Assembly (NCBI GenBank): GCA_039545335.1
Contig: BCIN01000002.1
Span: forward strand, 1,749,118-1,813,117
Source of the DNA: Kondoa subrosea
Lineage: Eukaryota
DNA length: 64,000 bases
Reading direction: 5' to 3'
A model generated the notes under the pieces. It worked only from the letters and a program-made list of their open reading frames with translations, was not told where the DNA came from and searched no databases. Every line of letters starts with the position of its first letter. Positions within the stretch are counted from its first letter, which is position 1. Positions 37,488-49,556 of the stretch are shown here, one piece after another. The translations under genes were made by a program, and so were the position numbers.

Positions 37488-38022
37488 GAAAGGGGAAAGT
37501 AGGAGAGAAAGAATGGTCAGGCACGCAAGCGAGGCACCTAGTCTGGATCTGTCAACATATCACGGCTCCAGACTGCGCAGTGCGCAGTGCGCACACAAGA
37601 AATCTGAATCCGTTGAGGCAGTAAACGTGGAGAGATTTCAACAGGATTGCAGTACGACTTATTAGCATTTGACTTTTGTAGCCGACCAATTGTGTTTCTC
37701 GTCTCCGGATCCGTTGAATGCGTGGCAGTCAGACCCTGAATGTTGACGACCTGGCTTGCCCTCTTTTCACTGAGAACGGCTTCGGAAGCTTCCTTTGAGA
37801 ACAGTTCGACAGTTGACGCATTCTGGACAACTGCAACCTTCGCAAGCCAGCATCGCACTACCCTTGGGCCATGCTCAGTCCTAAAGGCACGATCTGAAAC
37901 GAATTAGATCGCTCTACGGTATTCTTCTTAGTAAAGGCAGAATCTGGAATTCCGAGCTGCTGCTGGGCAAAGAGCTGCTCTCTTCTTTTTGCTGTCACGC
38001 CATACCACAGACACTGGGTTCA

Positions 38023-39955
38023 ATGCACCGCAATTGCCGTTTGTCACAATCTTCCTCTACTGGTTCGCCTATCTTCAGCCCGCTCCTGCCTACTGTCAAC
38101 AGAACCGGAAGCTATTCCTCTATTGCAACCTCACCAGGCGAAAACGAACAGCATTCTATGGCAATCAAAGGTACAGCAGCTTCAGCACCAAGCATGACCG
38201 TAGAGAACATTAACGAACTCGCGGGCTGGTCAGCGGATCTCGTCAGCTATCTCTGGTTGGGTAGCTTATGGTTTCAAATGTTGTCGACACGGTAGCTGAT
38301 TATTCTTTCTGCCATAGATGCGAATAGAGGGACAGGATCTTGGCAAGCGACGGCAAGGTTTAGCAAATTTATGAATGATGTTCTGGCTCTCAGTCAGTCC
38401 ATTCACGCTCTGCTTTGTGATCACCCTCATCAGCTATATTTTTAGCGCAAGTATCGGAATCAGTCGTTGTTCTGGCACTGCTGTACATCCAGAAGCTCAA
38501 GAGTTCCAATGATTTACATGGACAGCCAGGAAGTGAATACCTCGTCGCAATCTGTTCTCTTATGCTGTGAGTGATGTGAAGTGTCATATTTGGTGTCCTG
38601 CTGAAACATTATACAGCGCGAACAAATTCTTAGATGACAATACGTACACCGCACAAACGTGGAGCACTGTTTCAAATCTAAAGTGAATTCCCTCTTGATG
38701 CCATACATGTGCTTCGTCTGATTCTGAACCCTAACAGTCTGAAAAGCCTCACAAATGGCGAAAAAGAATTTTTGACGGGATTGAACTATCAATTATCAGT
38801 CGATGTTCTCGACTATCGATCATGGGAGAGGCTATTGGACGGGTTGAAATCTGCTGCCAAGACATCTAGATTGGCCAAACGAAGAAAGCTGGATTCTCAT
38901 GGTCAGCAAGTACCTATGAGCGATGAGACATCAATGTGGCCGGCAGGTGGTTATGCGGATAAGATACAAAGCAGCGTTGGCTCCACATCCAACGCTTCGC
39001 TGAATAGGCCAATGGCGCCTTTGCCGGCCAGAGCCCAGTCGCAGCAATTGCCGCCAATGGCCGTTCATCACTACCACGCACATCCACAGCCACAACCTAT
39101 TCTTCAAGATTACTATCCAATACCCGCTATCTCTGTCCCTCCTATGTCAAGAATACGCAAAAGATCTTTAGAAGGGGACGCTGTTGCAACATATGCAGAT
39201 TTGTTCAGACCACAAGAGCGCTCGACTCAAGCGATGGCTTCAACTTCGAACAATGCGTCGACATCACTGCACCTACAACCGCCGGGATCAAGCTTTTTGG
39301 CGCATCCAATTCCAACTCCACAAGTACCAACGCATCCCGGTCGGCTCGCTTTCTACTCACTGGCAGCTGGTCAGCGCAATGGAATCGAGCACGAGATGCA
39401 ACCTCCGCTATTACATCCTTCGCAAATGAACAGGCCGTCAATAGGATCGAGACCTTCGAGCAGCTCACACTCTAATCTTCCCTTCCAATCGCACGGTCCT
39501 CATCATCCAATGTCGCTCGCAGCACGATCCACAATGTCCCTTTCTCCTATGGAATTTGCCCGGCGACGTTCGCAGCCAAATACTCAAGCATTGGCCCATT
39601 CACCTTTCTTTTTCAGTGTTCCCTCTCCAGACATCTCTCATCACAAAGCACAGCTTTACTCAGCACCGTTTTCACAATTTTCTAATGCTGTAAGCCTGTT
39701 TCAGCTAAGCTTTCGAGATATCATATTCAGACCGACATTTAGGGTCCTCCCGGAGTTTTTCCTATCTTCCAGGCTCCTCCTATCGCGTATGCGGCGCCCT
39801 CATCGTGGTCTCAGCCCAGTGCAAGTACAAGTCTTCATTCTTCGCCGATCAACCCGAATTGGTCTTTCCCTACTGCTCGAAGAGCGCCTTCCTTCGCATC
39901 CCAACCAACACATCAACATTCTCCTCTCGCAAGGAGTCATCCACATCCTCAATAG
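38023..39955 (+). CDS. Pho85-type (Pcl/Clg1-like) cyclin with a long low-complexity tail
   Basis: QVSESVVVLALLYIQKLK, LMLANKFLDDNTYTAQTWSTVS and EKEFLTGLNYQL; FSNAGPPG near the C-terminus. Confidence 0.85.
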
Positions 39956-40310
39956 TATCGAACACTCTGGACGCGCCGTAATTCATTGAAAATGTACAGT
40001 AGCATGATAGCATTCCTGTAATTAGCACACTGAGCATAAAGGCATTCATTGAACTATTACTGTGTCGAAGCAATGTTTTCTGGTAATTCGCCTCAGAAGA
40101 AGTCAGAAGTCGGAGGGAATTGGAATTTCTCGTCTGAAGTCGAAACATCACTCTCTACCATCGATGGCTATTTCATTGGCCAACACTCTTTGTGGCACTG
40201 CGAGATAAGGACCGCAAAGATTCCCACAGACCAGGAGATAGAATCTGCAAACCAGGCAACAACACATAGGCTTCAAAACCCCCGGATTGGAACAATTCTG
40301 CGATTTCCAG

Positions 40311-41695
40311 ATGGCGGCTCAACCAGGACCTACTGCAGCGCCAACACAAGGCGGCTGGCAACCGGTGACTGTGACCGTTGTTTTTACATCGGCGGGTGGA
40401 AATAGTACAAGTCTCTATACCAATAGTATGGCAACAGCTTCTTTAGTAGCTTCGCAACATCGGCTCATGTCTGTGCTTTTGACTGTTATAGCTTTTTCTC
40501 CAATTAGTCAGGGAATCCCTAGTGAGCCAGATCACTTGTTACTATGTGGTTTGCAAACCTGATCAGAATGGTGTAAGCCGGCGGAGTTTCGCCCTCATCC
40601 CAAGCAAGAAACAATGTTGGCAATCGAGGCAACACCCCAAGTCAGTCTGCTTCATCCTTGATACGGAATTTCTGAGTTCATATTGTTGCTACTCTAGCTT
40701 TCGCTTATGTAGTCATCGGCGTTATTTGCGGCTTAGTCGCCCTAGTCCTTCTATGGATGGTCTACAAAAGGATTTGGAGCAAGACACATCGATCTAAACC
40801 ACCTCCAATAGAGGAGAAGGATCTCGGAAATACATCTCGTTCTCAATCGGCTCTGTATCTTCTTGGACACGGACAGAATACATCTACACTGCACTCGGTC
40901 AATAGCAGGAATAGTATGCAGAAGTTGGACAGCGTCTACGGACAATCGGGTGGACCAGGATTTGATCAAGACGACTCAAATCCAGCTTCCCCGACAATGC
41001 TCAGTCCCTCTAGTGGCCTACTTGGGCCCGATCATTCCATCTATTCCACCAACTACTTGCGAAACAATCATGCTGGCGCCCGAAATCAAGCCGCCGACCG
41101 ACGGCAATCTAATCTCAGCATGCATTCTATCGCGGGCAGTTCTTACAGCAGTCCATCCATGCCTTCGCAGCCAGCTCGGCTACGTCTCTCTGGTCCTCCT
41201 CATTCCCACTTCTCTCGGGTCGAAATCGTGCCACCGAAGCCGCTTGCATCTCAGTATCAAAACAATGTCGTTTCGCTGAGTAAGTCAAGTATCGATTTCA
41301 GCAGCAAAAGTGGCATCGGAGGCAACGATGACGAGCCCGAGTCTCTTTTCGATCCCGACCAGATCATGAAGACGCGAAATCAGTCAAGCGAATTTGAAAT
41401 GGCCAAAGCAGCTTACTTGGCTGGTAGTCACTCGACCCGAAGAAGCTGGTCACCTCAACCCTCTTCATCCTCTACTTCTACACCTTCACACTCGCGGTCT
41501 CATAGTCAAGGCACCAATCCTGAAGATGCTGTCAATCGGAATTCTCTTCACCCTCGACACCTACACAATCGATCTCCGAGCAACTCAGACAATGGATCTA
41601 GAACAACGACGAGTATCGTAGAAGAGGAAAGTGTAAACGGCGGTTTTGTAGACAATGCTGGACAAGCCCAAGCACAACAACGACCGTTTCCGTAA
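40311..41695 (+). CDS. Hypothetical single-pass membrane protein with a Ser-rich cytoplasmic tail
   Basis: Short spliced N-terminal exons; hydrophobic segment FAYVVIGVICGLVALVLLWMVY followed by KR; long open 3' exon. Confidence 0.6.
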
Positions 41696-41986
41696 GTTTG
41701 GCCAACAAGTGACGAAACGCTCCAAGACTGATTGTGATTGGTGGTTAGAGCACCTTCGTCCCAATTAAACAGAATGCTGAATGATGTCGCTTGAGCAGCC
41801 AATGCCTGTTGCGAAGAGAAGAGTGTATATATTGATTTGGGTTTTCAGTGGACTCTCTACTATATATCGTGGCTGGTAATCATTGTGTATATTGACTTAA
41901 TAGAGTGCCTTTCATCTTACCCACATCAGCAGCTAGTGCGAAAAGCGTTTGGGGCGAGCGCCCTTGTCTTCAACCTCGACGCAAGA

Positions 41987-43656
41987 ATGCCTCCCTCTCG
42001 TAGAAATGTTAAGAAAGGCAAGCGCGTCTATGTGGACCCATCACACACTCTAACCTAATCAATGCGCGTCTAGGTCTATCATTTACAATCAGTGAGGAAA
42101 CCACTTGCGTCTGTGAATGCTGCTGATCCAAACCCCTTGACAGTGACCGTTGGTGTGTACTGGCCTCTATATGCTAGCGATTCACGCTCATTATATCTTT
42201 CGACAGGCGCTTCTGGCACCGGTGTTCGAACATTCGTCAATACTCTTTGTGAAAGCGATGGTCCGTTGCCTTTTGCGACTGGATCATAGACGATGCTCAG
42301 ATTGTGTGTCATCAACAGTGATTCAACCAAGACCTTTCGCTGCGGAACACGCCAATGCAGAAACTGGCATCAAAATTCAACCTCGTCAAGTCGAGCTTGA
42401 AGAAGATGGTGTTCGTATTTCACTTACAGTGGTAGAGACTCCTGGTTTTGCTCAAGATTTGAACAACGAATACGCGTAAGCTTGATTCTGATTCGAGTAG
42501 CAGCAGAAGGTCTGAGCTGCACATAATGGGTCAAAGCTTTCAAGAAATCGTTGGCTACTTAGATAGACAATACGACGATATTCTGGCTGAAGAATCGCGC
42601 ATTAAGCGAAACCCTCGTTTCAGAGACAACAGAATTCATGCTCTCCTGTATTTCATTACTCCCACTGGACATTCACTTCGAGAAATGGACATCGAGCTCA
42701 TGCGTCGTCTCTCACCCCGCGTCAACGTTATTCCAGTAATTGGCAAATCGGACTCTCTAACCTTGTCTGAATTGACCGCTTTCAAGAAACGCATCATGGA
42801 GGATATCGAACACTATGGTATTCCGGTATACAATTTCCCTTACGATGTGGAAGAAGATGACGATGAAACTATTCAAGACAACTCTGAGCTTCGTGCAATG
42901 TTGCCCTTTGCAATTGTCGGTTCAGCCGAAGAAGTTGAGATGAATGGTGAACTTGTAAGGATCAGACGTTATCCTTGGGGTGTGGTCGAGGTCGACAATC
43001 CTAAACACTCGGACTTTGGTCGTTTACGATCCGCTCTGCTCAATACCCATTTGACCGATCGTGAGTTGAGAAACAGTATAGTGCAGTTTGAAAATGCTGA
43101 CCTGTGTCTCAACGCCTGCCTGTAGTCAAGGAGATCACTCAAGATTTCCTCTAGTACGTTCTTCTTCCTGATGTTTTCAAGCCTTCCCAGTGACCATTCA
43201 TGCTCCAATAGCGAAAATTACAGGTTTGTATTCTGAATTCTTGCACTTCAGATCTGATTTGACGTTGTTGTAATCTACTACAGAACTGAGAAGCTTTCTC
43301 GTACTGTCAATTCTTCCGGGGAAGCTTACAATAACACCGACAAGTCTTCAATCTTGCCAAACGATCTTGCAACGCAATCTGTCCGGCTCAAGGAAGAGCA
43401 ATTGCACAGAGAGCAGGAGAAGGTCAGCTGACCTTTCTGGTCATTTGGGCACAAGAATTGATCGGACGCTTTTAGATGCGCGAGATGGAACTGAAAGTTC
43501 AAAGAGAGCTATCTGAGCGTCGTCAAGAATTGCTTGCTAAGGTAAGCTGAATCCTTCTATCGATTGTACACTACCTCATACGGTGTCGCGGCTCAGGAAG
43601 AATCGCTTCGTAATCTCGAAAATCGATTGGCTCAAAGCCAAATGCACAACGATTAG
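41987..43656 (+). CDS. CDC11: Septin, Cdc11 group
   Basis: KKGLSFTIMTVGASGTG, VVETPGF, EESRIKRNPRFRDNRIHALLYFI, VIPVIGKSDSLT, RYPWG and YENYRTEKLS. Confidence 0.92.
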
Positions 43657-43770
43657 TGAAGGGGAGAAGGAAAGAGGGTATACCATGGGAAAGTTCGCTA
43701 TCAGTATCGTCATCAGAAGCTCAGTGAGCGTAAAACCGCATAGTTCGCATGAGATAATCCAGGGTCACAA

Positions 43771-45513
43771 TTATGATTCCTGTCGCAGTACAGCTTTTTT
43801 TCTTTCCGCTTTCCTCTCCACTGCGTTGCTTCCACTTGCTGTCTTAGGCGCATGCGCTCGTCTGTTATCTTCTGATTTGGCCCTGGCCTCTAGCATATCG
43901 TTTTTGATCTTTTGAGCCCCATAGATTGACTTAGGTAGGAATCGTTGCCTACGCACACGTAATGATGAGCTTGTGTGTACGTTACGCGTAGAGAAAACGA
44001 CAAACCTTTCCAATTTCGCGACATCCCCGACATTACCCCATTTGTCCCTGAGAGTGTCCCTGTATTGCCTCTTGGCTAGCTCTTGCGTTGACAGAACTCC
44101 AAGTTTGTCTGATGCCCTAGCCTTCCAGATTCGCAGATTCCCGTCATCAGAGCCGCTGAGCACGAATCGCGAATCCAATGTGTACAGCGTCGAAAAGACC
44201 CTATCAAACGATTAGTCCTCAATTTATAACTTTGAACGAATGTTGACGAACCTCTGCATACGTGTAGTGTGATAGGCATCCCTGCTTTTGCCTTTTCCAA
44301 CAGTCCACAGTCGCACCGTTCTGTCGTAGCTGCCGCTAACAAATTCCCTGCCCGTCGGTGACCAATCGCAAGTCATGACGGCACCAACATGACTCTTGTA
44401 GATTTGAGTTGCGGACTTCATGCTTCTTACATCAAAAGTATAGAGATTATGGTCCTCACTTGCTAGAAGTAGAACAGTCGGTTCAAGAGGGTTCCAGCTC
44501 AGTTGATTGACACGTAGAGCCATGGTCATCCTCGAAGTTGCGGAAGAAGTTCGGAGATCGTATAGAGTCACTGAGCGGTCGGCTGAAGAAGTAGCAAGAA
44601 CAGAAGTTTCAGACTGAGAAAATCTGACGCAGGTGAGATGTTCGCCAGACGACACTTCGGATGATTTTGAAGACATCGTGGGATGTAAAGAGTAAGAAAG
44701 TGTCATGATCGGGCTCGTTCTTCGGAAAAGAGACTATGATCAGCCTTTTTGGCCGAGCATTAAAGCCAAATATACGTACTTGGTTTCATCCCAAATCTGT
44801 ACTCTATCTGATGCTGATGCAAAAACTGGATCGGTGCGGTGTCGGGAAATGGAACTATATAATGCTTCAGTTTGCGAATACATGCTCAAGCAAGCTCTTT
44901 ACTTGAACCCAGTCCTCCCAGCGTAAGTTTGAATCTGTTTTGATGTAGAAGGCGATGTGGTATCCCAAAGCTTGATAGTCTTATCCACCGAGCAAGACAG
45001 TAATCTCGCAGAGCGACCAGAGCGTTCAAAGGCTTGTTGAAGTTCCCTCTGAGACTCCATTTCCACTTCGTCACCTTCTTCCGTGAAAGTTCTGCCACTC
45101 CCACTTGCAACGGGCTGGTTTTGAGCTTCCATGGTAGATGATACTGACCCGCCAGCGAAGCACACATCGTTGACCATGTTCCTTCCGTGCGCATTCGGTA
45201 TGTTAACCATTGCTTTTCTGTTTGGTAGATCCCAGAGTACGATCCCTCCATCGCCACCACCGCTTGCAACACAGGTCAGACTCTTGGGATCTCTTGCGGA
45301 AGAGTAGACTCCATCTGTATGGCCTTCCAAGGAAGCGATAAAAGGTTTGGCGTGCATTCTCTCAAGCTTGGAAGCGACGACAGCTCGATTGTATTCCCGC
45401 TGACGAGCGAAAGGATGTAAAGATGGATCAAGGTTGCGCGATATGACAGAGGTGCCGCCCAAGGTGTCTGGTTGAAAAGCTGCTGCTGAGCGTTCAATTA
45501 CTTTGACTTTCAT
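43771..45513 (-). CDS. SOF1: U3 snoRNP WD40 protein SOF1/DCAF13
   Basis: MKVKVIER, RNLDPSLHPF..REY, AKPFIASLEGH, YHTTRMQRVF and SGSDDGNLRIWKARAS. Confidence 0.96.
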
Positions 45514-45662
45514 TGCGTTCCTTTGGTTGTGTTGTTGATTGTTGATTGGGGGACGAGGAACTCAGATCAACGCTGGTTGAGTAGGCGAAAGATGCACTCG
45601 GAGCAAAACTTAAACCAGTTTATTTCTTTTCCCGAAACACATCATCAGTCTTCGATTCCAGC

Positions 45663-48068
45663 ATGCGCAGAGCAGCTGTACCAGTCAGCAACACAAGCCG
45701 TAGAGCTGGGAAACGTCCCCAATTGACGGAGGAAGACCAACAAGGCTTTACAGCCGAACCCGAAATGCAATCGAGCACTCTCGATGGGTCAGAAGAGCCA
45801 GAGCTTGTGGAGACAGCAGTCAAGCCTGATCTGGAGTCTCTGAGAAGCTTATCAATGAATACTGATGAGGAAGGGAATGAGGTCGAATGCTGTTATATTT
45901 GCGCTCAAGAGATAGCTCTGTACGCTTTGGGTCCATGTTCGCACCGAGTCAGTCTGCCTGCATGAATCAAATTAGTCGACATTCAATAGCTGACTTTGCA
46001 ATGTCCGTGAAACGTGCAGACCTGTCATATATGCTGTGTGCGATTGCGGGCGCTATACAAGAGCGATCTCTGTTCCTTCTGCAAAGAACCTTGTCCTACA
46101 GTTGTCTTCACCTCTTCTCCTGACATGCCCTTCGAAAACTTCACTCCAGATATGACCCACTTCACGGACGCAAAATTGGGCATTCGTTTCGAAACAAGAG
46201 AAGCGCTGGAAGATACATTAGCCCTTTTACGCTTCACCTGTCCGCAATGTAAAGATGTATGCTCTGGGTGGAAAGATTTAGCACGGCATGCCAAAGAGAA
46301 ACACGACAAGATTTTATGGTACGTTCAATCAGTTGCTTAGCGAACTATGCTGTATCTCACTCTTGACCTCTTCAGCGACCTGTGCACTCGAAATCAAAAG
46401 ATTTTCGCTCACGAACACACACTATTTACGAAAGCTAGTTTGCGCCTTCATAATGACCCAACTCTTTCCACTCGGAGAAATGAACCAGCTCCAGATGCAG
46501 GCGTACCCAATGGATTCACCGGGCATCCGTCATGTGACTTCTGTCGGATTCTCTTTTTCGACTCTGACGCCTTGTTCAAACATTGTCGCGACCGACACGA
46601 GCAATGCTTCATCTGCTGTCGCTCTGTGCCGGGAGGCAGAGACCAATATTTTCTCAATTACAACACCTTAGAAGAACACTTTGACCAAGTGCATTACAGC
46701 TGCACCGCAAGCGAATGCAGAGATAAAAAGTTTATTGTCTTCGAAACCAAAATGGAATTACAGGCCCATCAAGTGGTGGAACATCAAGTTGTTGGCGATC
46801 AGCGGGCAAGAAGGGACGCTAGGCGACTCGAAACCAATTTCACAGTTGGAAACAATAATTTGCAGGACCGCGGGAGCGGGAGCAATAGTGCAAGCACACA
46901 GCAACCCAACGGGCAGTCGCTACCACCTGTGGGCATACCTGGCCTCCCTGTACAAAGCTCCCGCGCGCAGCGCTTCGGGGGTCACCTGACGCAACCTGCC
47001 GCACCGACACAGCAAGCAGAGTCTGTCTCTCCGGAGATGAGAAGGTCGGCTTGCTTTGGATGATCAGTCTTGTCTCCCACACTGACTATCGAACAGACGT
47101 CACGCCGAACTGCTCGGCTCGGTCAGCTCCCTTCTAGGGTCTGATACCAAGGTTACAGGCTTCAAGCAAGCTGGTCTGTGCTTGATCATTGAGACCGATA
47201 GAACTCACGCTGATGAATTCTGAACTCCTTCTAGTACGATCTTACCGCAATTCCGAAATGTCAGCGCATGATTTGGTCGATACCTTGTATTCCCTCTTCG
47301 ATCGCAGACAAAATTCTCTGTTGGAGATTGTTCATGAGCTCAAAGATTTGTTGGACAGCAAAGAAAAGGGCGATGATCTTGCCGCAGCTTGCGACGCATA
47401 CCTAATCCAGGTGAGTCTCTGACTTTGTTGCTGCTTCAATGCAGAAGGCTGATATCTGGGCAAATTCAAAGGAGGATCCGTTTCCTTCTCTCGCTGGAGG
47501 CTCTGTACACTCAGTTCCCAAGCCTGGCGCGAAGCAGACCAAGGTTCCATCAAACGGACGATCTCAGAACAATCCTGCAATCTGGGCAAGAGTACAACAG
47601 GCAGCGACCTCGTCTAAAAGCCCGACTGTGGCTAAAACAACGCTACACACCAATTACCCAGCTCTTGTCGCCTCAACTTCCCGACTGAAATCTTCAGCTT
47701 TCCGTCCTTCTGCCCCAACGCCTTGGGCAGGTTCTTCCACACCCGTTCCAGCTAGGGCCACTCCCTTACCCAGTTCAGTCAATACATCGGTTCCCGCTCG
47801 AGTTATGAACACCAAAGGTCCCAGTCGCAACGATTTCCCATCGCTACCGACCTCGTCAGACATTGCTATGTCTAGAGCACGCGCGAGAGCTTTTTTCACC
47901 GATGGAACAGTGACTCCCACGGCTTCTAGCGCGAATGGTTGGGCTAACAAAGATGTAAATGTGCAAGATCTGGATGCTGCTTTGGAGTACGAATTGGACA
48001 CGGGCGGTCAAAAGAACGGTAAGAAGAAAAAGAAAAAGGAGCTGTTGTTTAGTAATTCTGCTTTTTGA
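45663..48068 (+). CDS. HEL2: Ribosome quality-control E3 ligase HEL2/ZNF598
   Basis: RING CYICA..PCSHRTCHICCVRLRALYK..CSFCK; C2H2 fingers GHPSCDFC..L.KHCRDRHEQCFIC; Lys-rich C-terminus. Confidence 0.92.
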
Positions 48069-48135
48069 TCAATAATATAATGCATTTTGATGGCCCGCTC
48101 AATGCGGGGCGATGCTCTTCTGACACCAAACAAGC

Positions 48136-49538
48136 ATGTCACATGTTGCGCGCCGACTTGCCAGTAGCATCTCGACACATGGTATCAAGACATCGGCAGT
48201 CGTAGGCAAGCCATAGATTAAAAAGCCTTTGATATACCGACTGAACCATTTTGGAAATCAAGGCTGCGGTCAGATGGGCCTAGGTAAGCTTCGGAGTAGC
48301 CGGGGGAACAAAGAGCTGATGCTGCATGTAAAGGTATTGCGTTGGTAGCAGCGAAGAATGCCAAAGTGGACGTGTTGGTCTATGACAACAATGAACAAGC
48401 TCTGAGTAAAGGTCTCGCCTTCCTAGGTAAGCGTTTCGGACTCTGCTAGACGTGCTCTGACATAACAACAGACTCACTGCTGGCTAAGGATGTGAAGAAG
48501 AACAAGCTATCAAACGAAGAGGTTAGCTTTCAATCTGAAACAATATCTCCTTAAAGCAATCCGTCAATATTCCAGGCATCGGCTGTTCGTTCTCGTGTAA
48601 AGACTGTCAGCACGATGGAGGAACTTGGAGACGTCGATATAGTTCTGGAAGTGCGTATTACCAATGTTTCACTAATCGGCGCTGACGTGACCTGCGAAAA
48701 GGCTGTCAAGGAATCTCTGGAGGTCAAGCAGCAAGTGTTTGCTGCTCTCGCCCAGTATACCAAACCAGAAGCTATTCTGTAGGTCTGACTGAGGTATTGC
48801 AAAAGAACCTTGCTAGATCTTTTTCTAGAGGGTCCAATACCTCTTCTATCAGCCTGACCAAAATCGCAGCAGCTGCCCTTCAGAGAGGTGAACATGCGCA
48901 TTCATCCTCTTCGCCGGCTCGCGTGGTGTGGGCTTCACAAACTCAGTTAGCATCTCCTGTACTGACTACTCGGCTGGTAGCGGCTGTCACTGGTACAATC
49001 CGGTACCAGTCATGAGACTTTGTGAAGTCATCAGTGCTCTTCAAACTTCTCAAGACGTGCTGGAAAGAACCAGAGCTTTCGCGACGGCTTGCGGGAAGAC
49101 CGTTACAACATCGCAGGATACCCCAGGCTTTGTGGGAAATCGAATCCTCATGCCATTTATCAATGAAGCTATCATATGTCTGGAAACTGGAGTTGCTAGC
49201 AAAGAAGATATCGATGCTACATTAACGCTTGGTTAGTCATTTTCGGGTTCCGAATGATCTTCGCGAAAGCCCCTGAACGACGAACAGGTATGGCCCATCC
49301 TATGGGTCCTTTGAGTCTTGCCGACTTGTCAGTCTTCAACTATTCTCATGCATACCGAATCTCATATATCTCTTGCAGCATCGGACTTGATACGTGCTAC
49401 GCAATTATGGAAGTCCTCTATCGTGAGACAGCGGATAGTAAATATCGACCGTCGGTACTTCTCGGACGCATGGTTGACGCAGGTTATTACGGAAAGAAGA
49501 TGGGTAAAGGATTCTATGAATATCCAGTGAAGGGGTAA
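48136..49538 (+). CDS. 3-hydroxybutyryl/3-hydroxyacyl-CoA dehydrogenase
   Basis: [45 protein letters not shown] and [14 protein letters not shown]. Confidence 0.93.
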
Positions 49539-49556
49539 ACACAAGTCGCAGGTGTT

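Noticed and set aside
37538..37858. 106-aa minus-strand ORF between FPGS and the cyclin
   Set aside because: No recognisable motif or supporting splice structure; probably promoter or UTR sequence
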